Assembly (NCBI RefSeq): GCF_006345805.1
Contig: NC_043012.1
Location: 48,980,001 to 49,044,000 of the forward strand
Length of the DNA: 64,000 bases
Source: Octopus sinensis
Lineage: Eukaryota
Direction: 5' to 3'
Part shown: piece by piece, positions 52,255-63,689 of the stretch
How positions within the stretch are numbered: position 1 is the first letter of the stretch
How the letters are laid out: every line of letters starts with the position of its first letter
Made by a program: the position numbers and the translations under genes
Notes under the pieces: model-generated
The model's input: the letters and a program-made list of their open reading frames with translations, nothing else
The model's database searches: none
What the model was told of the DNA's origin: nothing

Positions 52255-52400
52255 TAGGCGTAGGAGTGGTTGTGTGGTAAGTAGCTTGCTTACCAACCAC
52301 ATGATTCTGGGTTCAGTCCAGTGTCTTCTACTATAACCTCGGGCCGACCAAAGCTTTGTGTGTGGATTTGGTAGACGGAAACTGAAAGAAGCCTGTCGTA
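52255..52400 (+). mobile_element. SINE-A head, with the TA linker invaded by the HHR direct-repeat element
   Basis: Ends gaagcctgtcgtatatat, immediately followed by 52406. Confidence 0.85.
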
Positions 52401-52510
52401 TATATATTTACAGGATGTAATATATGTAAACTCACCCATGTGCTTCGTTGATGTTGATCAGTTAGCTGATCGGCTTAAGCGGGGCAGAGTCGTTTATTTA
52501 TGATACATTC

Positions 52511-52558
52511 AGGCCTGCTGATGAATACGTAAGTATGAAATCACTGTGATACAGGTCT
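52511..52558 (+). ncRNA. Type I hammerhead ribozyme, copy 1
   Basis: aggccug CUGAUGA auac-guaa-guau GAAA ucac-u-guga UA caggucu. 7-bp stem I, GUAA tetraloop on stem II, AUA triplet. Predicted cut after 52551. Confidence 0.85.
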
Positions 52559-52985
52559 ATATTTTTTAAATGTCTTACTTTGAAAAATTGCATTCGGTGG
52601 GATTAGTATATTTTTGGTAGAAATGACTAATTGTCCCTCTTAGCGTGTGGCATGTATGTATAATGCCCTCTGGCATGTATGTATAATGCCCTCTATATAT
52701 AAATTAATATGTTCAATAAGAAATAATTATTTTCGAAATTTATTCTCTTATGAGGTTTTCACGCTATCTACCTGACAATTTCTTGTTAAGTTTTCCTTAT
52801 TAAGTAGTTGTCCTTAATTGCTAAATTTTTATTCCGAAAAAACTTTTCCTTTCCCGAAATGCAATTCGTAAAAGTATGCCATTTACAGGATGTAATATAT
52901 GTAAACTCACCCATGTGCTTCGTTGATGTTGATCAGTTAGCTGATCGGCTTAAGCGGGGCAGGGTCGTTTATTTATGATACATTC

Positions 52986-53033
52986 AGGCCTGCTGATGAA
53001 TACGTAAGTATGAAATCACTGTGATACAGGTCT
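52986..53033 (+). ncRNA. Type I hammerhead ribozyme, copy 2
   Basis: Identical to copy 1 at an offset of 475 nt. Predicted cut after 53026. Confidence 0.85.
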
Positions 53034-53178
53034 ATATTTTTTAAATGTCTTACTTTGAAAAATTGCATTCGGTGGGATTAGTAATATTTTTGGTAGAAAT
53101 GACTAATTGTCCCTCTTAGCGTGTGGCATGTATGTATAATGCCATCTGGCATGTATGTATAATGCCCTCTATATATAA

Positions 53179-53229
<51 letters not shown>

Positions 53230-53430
53230 TAGACAAATGAATTATCTTATTACGGATAATTCGAAAGATAACCGATACCTGGGTAGCAAAATTCACAACA
53301 GAAAGGGCACGGTTGAAGTTACGACCATAGAGCATAAAATCCGTGCCTGAGTGCAGAAATTTGAAGTTTTATATATTAAGTATAGGAAAGAATGGAGCTG
53401 AACGAAGATTTAACAAAATTCCTTTATTTT

Positions 53431-53516
53431 ATTTTCGACATATGTTTCGAAGTCTGCAAAGTCCCTAATTCCGATTGAATAAGGAGTCCATTATGCAGCT
53501 TTCTCTTCTGGAAAAT
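53431..53516 (-). ncRNA. Type I hammerhead motif, U4A variant, long stem II
   Basis: auuuuc CAGAAGA gaaagcugca...ugcagacuuc GAAA CAUAUG UC gaaaau. 6-bp stem I, palindromic ACAUAUGU stem III, GUC triplet. Confidence 0.65.
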
Positions 53517-53611
53517 CCAGGAACTTAATTCTCCAACAAAATGCACAACAAGCTTTTCGACAACTGCTCACGAGGAGCCCATGAAATTAATGATAAAAAA
53601 TGTCTATTTAT

Positions 53612-53666
53612 AGAGAGAGAGAGATAGCAAGAATTAACGGTTAATTCTTGCTATCTCTCTCTCTCT
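53612..53666. repeat. Perfect palindrome, 27-bp arms, 1-nt centre
   Basis: agagagagagagatagcaagaattaac g gttaattcttgctatctctctctctct. Confidence 0.9.
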
Positions 53667-54013
53667 CTCTGCCTTCAAAACACACTTTCACGCATTCAAG
53701 TACGCACACACACATACATGAAGGCAATTTTACACACTCATACATTCGAGCACTCATTCATAAAATAAATCAAATATAAACACCAGTCATACAGAATACA
53801 TTCACACTCTTTATTTTTCCTATACCTTCCTTCTACTACCTTGATTCTGCCCTTGAACTATCTCAGCGGACAATCTCTTCTGCTTTCATCCAATCTGGCG
53901 TCAACCCCTATAAATAGACATTTTTTATCATTACAAAAAATAAGCCCCGGGGTCGATTTGTTCGACTAAATGGCGGTGCTCCAGCATGGCCTCAGTCAAA
54001 GGACAGAAACAAG

Positions 54014-54892
54014 AAAAGAGAGGTTAAAAAAGTTAAAAAAAAACTGAAAAAGAAAGTAAAGTTTACGCGGCAATAAACACATCGAATAGAGAAGTGATGC
54101 GAAGAGTGGAAACTCACCACATCGAAGAAGTAAAAACAGAAGGAAAAGGAGAATGGAAATGCTACGTGATGGGACAAAGAATGTTCAATCTACTTGCTAA
54201 TGACTTTCGAAAGGATGTGTGCTCATCTAAGATGAGTGAAGAAGACGCTAAAAAAGACGTCGAAAAGAACACCAGCACGCCGATTCCACGGGCCCAGGAG
54301 GTAGAAGAGAAGGGTTCCCCCCGTCCGCCGGACCCAGACGAAACAAGGTAAGCAGACTATGGCTGTTCATGTTGGCTGTATAAATGTGCACGGCCTGACA
54401 TCGAACTGGAAACAAGGGCGTTTCCTTAATGATGTCAGGTCGCAGTGTATATGGAAGACTAGAACGAAAGTTGTAAAGACAGGCACCATGATCTTTGAAT
54501 CCGTCTTGGTGAACTTTTTAAAGTTCTACCTAAAAAGAAAGGTGGAGCTAGAGAAAATGTGTCTGTCAGTACGTGAGTTCGAAAAAAGATGGAAGCGTGT
54601 CGCACGTTTGCTGCGAGTGAAAGTGGCGACATGAGCACGCTATGAGTTAGCTGCCGAGTTTCAGTGGGAAAAGCAGGGCTCGTGGGGTCGGCAATCCTGG
54701 TGTTCCCACTTCGTATGTCATTTTATGTTGTGTTGTAAAATTGTATATCATCCGATTTCCTCGATTTTGTTTTCCGATTTTGTGTAAATTTTTAAAGATC
54801 ATTTTTATGTAATCTCCATTCCTTTCTCATGACCCCAAATCATGATGTATTGTCCCCCTCTATGTTGGCCCCTTGTGGGTAATAAAGAAATA
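54014..54892 (+). mobile_element. Tx1-like LINE, 5'-truncated and internally deleted, inserted in a SINE-A tail
   Basis: End of ORF1 (stop at 54351), a 7-nt gap, and fused ORF2 54359-54634. TSD AGAAACAAG at 54005-54013 and 54893-54901. Confidence 0.8.
54359..54634 (+). pseudogene. ORF2 N-terminus (APE motif I) fused in frame to the ORF2 C-terminus
   Basis: MAVHVGCINVHGL.. (xNVxGL) is joined at ~54445 to CIWKTRTK...FLKFYLKRKVELEK...FEKRW, a Tx1-type C-terminal pattern. Confidence 0.7.
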
Positions 54893-55207
54893 AGAAACAA
54901 GTAAAAGGTAAAAGAGTAAATGAGTACATGTGTGTGTGTGTGTGCTATTGTGTGCGTGCACGTGTAGCGTCCTCTGTGTGAAATTCATTCAAGAATTTCT
55001 CGTCTAGTCCAGAGAATTCTAGATTTCGTCATATTGTCATTATGACGTCATAATAGCGGAAACGTTTTCTCCAAGACCTTCGTTTCAAATAATATTCAGT
55101 CTCTTTCAACCTTTCGCGGTGATTAGAGGCTAGGGAATGTGTGCGACGAGGGACCCACCCGACACCTGAAGACTCAGTGTCATCTTCACCTTGTTTTTGG
55201 TGTTTGT

Positions 55208-55640
55208 GGGTATATTTTGAGCGGACCCTCACAGATGTGCCCTCCATACATTTGGATCCTTATAACTTTCAGGAAAAATACATATCTTTTAAAGAAATAT
55301 TCTACAAATACCTCTCAGATGGCATACATTACGACTATATCGGAATTTAATGTGAAGAGAATAGAGGTCGCGCACACATATATACTGAAACACATCCCGA
55401 TTTTTTCAAAATTTTGAGTTCCATTTTGTGGATATATACGATATGTATGTTAGTATATATGTGTGCAATTTCGCGAAATTTTCTTTCTTTTTTTTACATT
55501 AAATTCCTCTACAATCTTAATGTACACAATCTGAGAGGTATTTATAGAAACTTTCTTTAAAAATATACCGATTTTTCTGGAAGTTGTCAAGAAACAAAAT
55601 AGGGAACACAATTGTGTGGGTCTCCTGTTTTATGCACCTT
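55208..55640. mobile_element. Old long-TIR fold-back MITE (MULE-like?)
   Basis: Imperfect arms ~55208-55385 and ~55455-55640, e.g. tttaaagaaatattctacaaatacctctcagat vs atctgagaggtatttatagaaactttctttaaa. Confidence 0.55.
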
Positions 55641-57855
55641 TGAGTTCTTAAACACCCTCTGTAACATGCTGGTTGGTACCATAACGTAGTTACAAGGTGT
55701 CCGGTATTGTTCCTGCAACTGTATGAACTCTTAACCAGGCAATTTCAGGACAGGAAACCTGGAGGTTCCAACCAGAGACAATTCTTTACATTCGATATAT
55801 TCACACAAAATATTTCATTGTAAACAGTCGTGTGACTGTAAGTGGACATGATAGTAAGGATGGGTAAATACAAATCGTACATGAAATATTCTACTAAAAG
55901 ATCTACTAAAAGATCAGCGCTTGAAATTTGGTGGAATGAGTAGTCTATCATATTGACCCCAATGCTTGACTGGCACTTATTTTATCAACAGCAAAAGGAT
56001 TAAGGAAACCATCGGCCCCAGGGAATTTTGAACTCAGATTGTAAAGGTTTACGAAATGCCGCCGGCGTGCTAACCAATCTGCCGCTCACCGCCTTATGAA
56101 TACGAATAATGGATATTCAACATATAGTCCACGGGCAGATGTAGAGAGTAGGGTTTTAAAATCGGTAAGTGCTAAAAGAAAATAAAGTTTGCTGCTCTTA
56201 AAATGTTTGATAATATTTTCGAGATATTTTGATTATACTCAACACTAAATTTTGTCTGTCTGCCATCGCCTTATCTCAGTCTACATTTACACTATATAGA
56301 CATATTATACCGTTTTTGAATGAGAATAACCTCGGAATTGAATATCTGCCCTTTATTTGATTCTTGACGTCCAATATTGAGATTCAAAAGCTACTTCTTG
56401 CAAGTAAAACTCGGCAAATTCACGCCATTTTGCTTGGTGCTTGTCAGAAGACGTCAGAGATGAAAGGGGAGATAAATGACATTCGCTTCGTTAATTTTAC
56501 GTCCCGACAAGAACTTTGGGACAAATTGGCCAACAGTTGGAATTCAACTTGGGAGTGGAACAATAGAATGATGGACTAATTCCCATCCATCCTAAACATC
56601 TGTTCAAACACCAGCGGGGCATATAATCATTATAGATAAATTATAGTTATGCTAATCTGCTGTTTGCAGTTGTGTGCCGCAGGCCCAACTAGTCCTCCAC
56701 AAGAGCTGTCTAAAAGGTCTGCACACACATTGCAGCATTTAAGCTAGTCTCTAATAAAGTGATGTCGTTGCTTCGTTAATTGTTCGATAGTTTTCATATC
56801 ATCACTGTAGCTGCAAACGTAATTTGACAATTCGGCTTTGGTTAGAAGTGTACAATGTGTTTGGGACTAAGAATGTTATGTACAAAATCTCTCTCACTAT
56901 CTATATATCTCTTCCTTTATTTCTTCTATCTTTCATTCTATCACCCTTTATTACTTCCTTTATTTCTTTCTTTTTCTCTCTCTCTTCCCTTCTCTCTCTC
57001 CCACGCACGTACGCACCCGCACACAAACTTGTTTGCGAGCTTCAAGTTACTTTGTCCACAAACGTTACTTCATTTAAATTGTTCGGAGTTTCGTCCTTAC
57101 TTCCACTCGTATCAACCCTTCCACATTGAGGCAGGTACCTCCGGTAATTAAACTATTCAAAATGAGGTGCATGATATTATTGTCTGTCTCATCCACTTCT
57201 TTCATCTTAAATTCAAACAATCTCATTTCTTTGACGCCCTTTGACGCTAGATATTAAAAAATATTTTCTTCTTTAATATCTTCTCATGTATTTTGTGTCA
57301 ACTTATTTATGTATTGAGCGAGGTCTAGTCACTATTTCTAGCGGACTTAGTAGCCATCTTGTGGATCTCTAGTTGGACAAATTGTATAATCAAGAGGAAT
57401 CCACAGGACATTATGAAGAGAAGATGCTGAGTGTAGTGAATTATATGGGGCCTAAATGATTGGGTACAAAAAGCATCATGAGAAAAGTGAGACGACTGGG
57501 ACTAATGGTTGAGTGAAGATGGCACGAACCCAGCCAGTTCCGGGATGTAGAGAGAAGACTTAGTTTGCTTATGGCAAAAGACAATCAGGCGTGTAGCTTT
57601 TTCACTAGGCACAGTCTCGTATGACTGTGTGTGCAGCAACAACTTCGTTCCCAATGTGATGGTAATAATACTCCTTTGTGGACCTTCGATGAGCTCTGTT
57701 GTGCAGGGGTCTCCAACCACCGTGTCGTGTTCCATGTGATACAAGGTTGTACAGAAAGGATAACCTTTAACATTTTATTTCTAATTCATTGACATAAGCG
57801 TACAATTTTTTTCTTATGGGGCCCCGACTTGCGGCTGCAGACTTGCCTGCAGGAA

Positions 57856-58051
57856 GTAAGAGACTTAGTCAGGGAGGTTGAGTAAGAGGTCTTAGTACAC
57901 CCGATTTGAACTTGGTGATTTTTGTAAGAGGTTTAGCGCCTCAATTTGAAATACCGATTGAATATATTTGTTGAAATTTTGTGAGATCTGATTGGTAAGA
58001 GGCTCAGCGCCTCAATTTGTAACTGTTGTAAGAGGTTCAATACCTCATTTG
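57856..58051 (+). repeat. Five irregularly spaced gtaagagg..cctc(a)atttg units
   Basis: Units start at 57856, 57882, 57924, 57995 and 58028. The last three form gagg/cctc hairpins. Confidence 0.7.
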
Positions 58052-58330
58052 TGTTTTTTTTTAAAACAATGTTTTCGAGAAGTAGCAATCAGGGATAAAC
58101 AAATTATATATAGCGGCTTGGGTTTGATATACAATGTATATATATTTTATAATTAACTCATAATTATAATTGAGGGTTCACGAGGTACCAGCGTTGCTAA
58201 AAGTAAGAATCGAAAATCCTGTAATAAGTCAACATTTCGCAGAAAATATAACAGAGTGACAAAACTCGGGCAACAGGCAAAGAAATTAACTTATCGCGGC
58301 TGATAGCCACAGAATGAGGCAATAGATATT

Positions 58331-58385
58331 CCTGTATCATGTGATGTCGAATTTTGAGATTACTCCCTTAATTCTCATCAGCTGG
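58331..58385 (-). ncRNA. Degenerate hammerhead (GACA instead of GAAA)
   Basis: ccag CUGAUGA gaauu...aauuc GACA ucacauga UA cagg. Confidence 0.55.
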
Positions 58386-58613
58386 TCTTGCTATATATTT
58401 AAGGTTAAAAAGTTTACCCACTTTGTCGTGACCGTTAATCGCAGAACGGCTGGTACCAAGTTCAAAAACGATGTCCGTGCATAATTTTCATAAATAGATA
58501 TCCAAATAATTATATAGTTATTATTATTTGCATTTTATCGGCATAAATGCCGTTCAGCAATTAACGGACTTAACAAAGTGATTAAACTTTTTAACCCTCG
58601 GTATATAGCAAGA

Positions 58614-58668
58614 CCTGCTGATGAGAATTAAGGGAGGAATCTCAAAATTCGAAATTATATGATACAGG
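58614..58668 (+). ncRNA. Type I hammerhead ribozyme
   Basis: ccug CUGAUGA gaauu-aa-ggga-ggaa-ucuc-aa-aauuc GAAA uuauauga UA cagg. Canonical core with G10.1-C11.1. Predicted cut after 58664. Confidence 0.8.
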
Positions 58669-58989
58669 AACACCTATTGTCTCATTCTGCGAAGGTAAGT
58701 TAATTTCATTGCTCGTTGCCCGATTTCTGTTGGTCTGTTATGGTTTCAGTGAAATGGTGGCTTATTAGAGGATGTTTTGACTCTTATTTTTAGCAACGCT
58801 GGTACCTCGTGTACCCTCAATTATAAGTATAAGTTCATTATAAAATCTATGGATTTGCTCTTTATCGGCATAAATGCTTGCTGGCCACTTATATCATTGT
58901 CATTATTTACTACTACTACTACCACAACTACTACTATCTATCTATCTATCTATCTATCTATATTTATTTGAATACATATACATATATAT

Positions 58990-59356
58990 ATTCTTTTATT
59001 CTTTTACTTGTTTTAGTAATTTGATTGCGGCCATGCTGGAGCACCGCCTTTAGTCGAAGAAATGGATCCCAGGACTTATTCCTTGTAAGCCTAATATTTT
59101 TTTCTGTCGATGTCTTTTGCCGAACCGCTATGTTACGGAGACGTAAACACATTAACATCAGTTGTCAAGCAATGGATGGAGGACAAACACAGACAGACAC
59201 AGACACACACACAGACACACACACACACTCACGCACACATATATATAAAACGAGCCTCTTCCAGTTTCCGTCTACCAAATCCACTCACAAGGCTTTGGTC
59301 GGCTTGTAGTTGTAGCAGAAGACGCTTCCTCAAGGTGCCACGCAGTGGGACTGAAA
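58990..59356 (-). mobile_element. SINE-A
   Basis: Tail, linker and truncated head. Confidence 0.9.
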
Positions 59357-59804
59357 CACTGTACATATGCAATATATATGTGTGTGTGTGTGTGTGGTGT
59401 GTGTGTGTGTGTATACATGCAAACAATGAATATTTAAGTATAAATATATAGATATTAATAGATCAAACTTTCGCAGAATAGAAACGACAGAGAAAATTAA
59501 AGGGAAGAAAATAAGGTGTGATAAGTCCAACAACTGTTTCTAGGTACTTGAAGAACCATCATAATATTGGTAGATATAGTTCACTAAAACATGCGGCCAG
59601 TAATGGAAGCAAATAAATATGGAATAAATCAGGCTCAGTCATCAGGGTAGAAAAAATCTAGCATTTCAGATTATGATGAAGAGAAGTTTAAATGTTGAAT
59701 GTTTTAAATTCCACCTTGACGGTGACTCGAGTTATTCAATATTTATTTGCTTCAGTGTATCATGATCTGAAATACAAGATCTTTTCCACGATGATGATGG
59801 AGGC

Positions 59805-60635
59805 TCGATTTGCTTCCTATATATTGGTACAAGGCAGAAATTTTGGGGAAGGTGTTAGTCGTTTACATCGACCCCAGCGCTCATCTGGTACTTATTTTAT
59901 CGACACCGTAAGGATGTAAGGCAATGGCGACCTCGGCGGAATTTGAAGTCAGAACATAAGGACAGGCGAGGTGTCGCTAAGCACTTTGCTCTGAGTGATA
60001 AAGACACAGCCACCTGGCCGCCCTGATGCCAGAGTAATATTGATTTCAAATTTTGTGCACAAGGCCAGCAATTTGGAAAGAGGACTTAAGTCAGTTACAC
60101 TGATCCCAGTGCGCAGCTAGTACATATATATTATCGACCCCGAATGGATAAATGACGAATTCGATCTTGGTGGCATTTGAACTCAGAAGGCAAAGACGGG
60201 CGAAAAGCCGCTAAGCATTTTTTCTAATAGTGCTAACGATTTCTTTATTGCCCACAAGGGGCTAAACATAGAGGAGACAAACAAAGAGATTAAGTCGATT
60301 ACATCGATCCCAGTGTGTAACTGGTATTTAATTTATCGACCCCGAAAGGCTGAAAGACAAAGTCGACCTCGGCGGAATTTGAACTCAGAACGTAAAGACA
60401 GACGAAATACCTATTTCTTTACTATCCACAAGGCGCTAAACACAGAGGGGACAGACAAGGACAACCAAACGGATTAAGTTGATTACATCAATCCCAGTGC
60501 GTAACTGGTACTTAATTTACCGACCCCGAAAGGATGAAAGGCAAAGTCAACCTCGGCGGAATTTGAACTCAGAACGTAACGACAGACAGAATACTGCTAA
60601 GCATTTCGCCCGGCGTGCTAACGATTCTACTAGCA
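59805..60635 (-). mobile_element. Four consecutive or nested SINE-B copies
   Basis: Four bodies (tatcgac(a/c)ccg at ~59898, ~60133, ~60334 and ~60518, the last two variant) and two tail types. Confidence 0.85.
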
Positions 60636-61150
60636 CGCCGTCATTGGGACAGGCTAATTTCGAACACTTATCTCTAGAGGTAAATAAGGGTTTGCATAGA
60701 GCCACCACTCGTACAAAGATACATGTTATTACAGAAGCGTTGATTACAGTTCAAACACAACACAATCAAGGGAGGAAAAGTTATCTTTGGCTTACATTCT
60801 TTAGGGTGCGAAATATTTATATAAATATCCATATATACATACATGTATGTGTGTGTGTGTGTGTGTGTGTGAAAGAGAGTGAGGGAGATATTTTTCTGAA
60901 ATTCTTTGTCCCTTTCAATGGTCTCCCACTTTTTTCTTTGTCGTCGCGAAGAAGATGGGCGAAAAAGATAACTTTGGAGAAAATTTTAAAAGAGAGTTTT
61001 GAAAACTTGTTTTGATGATTTCGATCAGATTCTTAAGTGAACCAAAGACCAAACTGTGTTACTTGGACTCTCAAGTGGAAGATTGTTGGGGAGGGGACAA
61101 AGAATTATAAATCAAATGATAAAATAGTAATCAATATAACAATAAATACC

Positions 61151-61192
<42 letters not shown>

Positions 61193-61283
61193 TGTGTGTG
61201 TGTGTGCGTGTGTGTGTGTGTGTGGTGTGTGTGTGTGTGTGTGCATATGCATCTATGTACGTTTGTAAGTGCACATAATTATG

Positions 61284-61359
<76 letters not shown>

Positions 61360-61674
61360 GTGTGTGCGTGCGTGTGTGTGTAATGTATGTGTGTCCAATA
61401 CGAAGGATAAAAAGCAGACATTAATTAAAATATAGAAAAAGAAGTCGAAAATTACATTACATTATGATTCTAATCATAAACTTTTTTCATTATTAAAAAC
61501 ATTATTATTAAAATTAAAATGTTTGTATATCATACCTTTTCTTTCTCTACTCTCCCTTTATTTGACTTCGCTATTTCCTTAAACCAGAATCAATTTAAAT
61601 ATTTAATATACATGATTTCTTAAGTACACACACACGCATACACACATACACACACATATACCTATATACATAGA

Positions 61675-61752
<78 letters not shown>

Positions 61753-61973
61753 TAGGCGTGGGTGTGTTGTAAGAAGCTTGCATGGCACATGGGCAAATGT
61801 CTTCTATTATAGCCTTGACCAAAGCTTTGTGAGTGGCTTCGTAGACGGAAACTGAAAGAAGCCGGTCGTATATATTATATGTATTTTTATTTTATTTCAT
61901 TTTTGTTTCATCTAGTTTCAGCTCATGAGCTGTGGCCATGCTGTATATGTATATACATACATAAACACACACA

Positions 61974-62103
<130 letters not shown>

Positions 62104-62141
62104 GCATGCATGTATGTATTTATGTATGAAAGTATATATAT

Positions 62142-62536
62142 TACTCTTTTGTTCTCTTACTTGTTTCAGTAATTTGACTGTGGCCATGCTGGAGCACCGT
62201 CTTCAAGAGTTTTAGTCGAACAAATCGACCCCAGGCCTGATTTTTCCTAAGTGTAGTACTTATTCTCTTTGCCAAACCGCTAAGTTATAGGGACGTAAAG
62301 AAACCAACTCTGGTTGGCAAGCAGAGGTGGGGACGAGCATAAACAGAGAAACACACACACACAGATATACATATATACATACGACAGGGTTCTTTCAATT
62401 TCCGTCTACCAAATCCACTCACAAGGCTTTGGTCTGCACGAGGCTATAGTAGAAACCACTTACCCAAGGTGCCATAATGTGGGACTGAACCCGGAACCAT
62501 GTGGTTGGGTAGCAACCTTCTTATCACACAACCACA

Positions 62537-62570
<34 letters not shown>

Positions 62571-62853
62571 TAGATAGATATACAGAGAGAGAGAGAGAGA
62601 GAGAGGAGTGCAGGCCTGGCTGTGTTGTGAGAAGTTTGCTTCCCAAACACATGGTCCTGGGTTCATTCCCACTGCGTGACAATTTGGGCAATTATCTTCC
62701 ACTATAGTTTCGGGCCAATCAAATCCTTGTGTGTGGGTTTGGTTGTTTGGGACTGAACGAATGAATAGAATATGTACGAGGCTTAAAATTAAGTACGGCC
62801 AACATCATTAAGGCTGTGCTTCAACATGGCCGCATCAGATGACTAAAGCAAGT
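62142..62853. mobile_element. Head-to-head SINE-A pair (62142-62540 minus; 62606-62853 plus)
   Basis: Heads diverge across a TA/GA tract. Confidence 0.8.
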
Positions 62854-62867
62854 GGAGTTGAACTAGG

Positions 62868-63020
62868 GACAGCTGATGAAGGGGATTTTTCCTTGTGTAG
62901 TTTGTCTTGTACTCTGTTTTTTCGTTGTTAAAAAAAGGTCCGTTCCATGCTTGTTTTTACGTTTTCGTTTCTCGTTGAGTTCTACGTCTATTTGTGGTGT
63001 CCTGTACTCACGTATATATA
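62868..63020 (+). mobile_element. Family J element
   Basis: gacag CTGATGA aggggatttttcctt gtgtagt ttgtc, followed by the family's T-rich tail ending at a TA tract. Confidence 0.6.
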
Positions 63021-63169
63021 TTTATATATGCATGTATATATGCATGTAGATGTAGGTACGTACATATATGTATGTATGTATGCATATATTTTATTTATTA
63101 CACTATTGTATGACTGAGCGCCCTCGCGTCGATTCGATTCGTTTCGTTTCGTTTCTTTTTCTCCAAGTA

Positions 63170-63235
<66 letters not shown>

Positions 63236-63474
63236 AGTATACTTTCATGTGTTTGCATGTGTCTGTGTGAGTTTGTGCATGAAGAATTATAAGCAAAATG
63301 TTATAAAGCCTTAGTGTGGGTTAAATTAAAATATAAACAAAGTCCCTCCCTCATTTTTTTCTTTGCACATCAAGCGTAGAATTGAAATCTGTACCATATA
63401 AGTGTGAAGTGAACATCCCAAGTGTGAAGTATATTTAAACATAAAGACATAATATACATACTTATATATGCATA

Positions 63475-63658
63475 CAGGCGCTGGCGTGGCCGGTGGTAAG
63501 AAGTTGGCTTCCCAGCCACATGGTTTCGGGTTCTTGCCCACTGCATGAAACTTGGGCAAGCGTATTCTTCTATAGCTTCGGGCCGACAAAATGCTTTGTG
63601 TGTGGATTTGGTAGACGGAAACTGGAAAAAGCCTGTTTTATACACATATGCACATATT

Positions 63659-63689
<31 letters not shown>

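Larger units (their letters stand above)
52406..53181 (+). mobile_element. Retrozyme/pLTR-like element: two ~300-bp direct repeats, each with an HHR
   Basis: 52406-52705 vs 52881-53181 have 3 differences and a 175-bp spacer. No ORF. TA-rich flanks. Confidence 0.85.
58140..58860. mobile_element. Fold-back element with ~310-bp arms and an HHR in each arm
   Basis: Arms ~58140-58450 and ~58549-58850. A 17-bp direct repeat tttatcggcataaatgc lies at 58534-58550 and 58861-58877. Confidence 0.8.

Noticed and set aside
57856-58051. CRISPR array
   Set aside because: Eukaryotic context, diverged repeats, spacers of about 8-46 nt, and no cas genes.
62868-62906. C/D-box snoRNA or K-turn reading of the family J motif
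   Set aside because: UGAUGA resembles box C, but there is no CUGA box D on the opposite strand in any copy.
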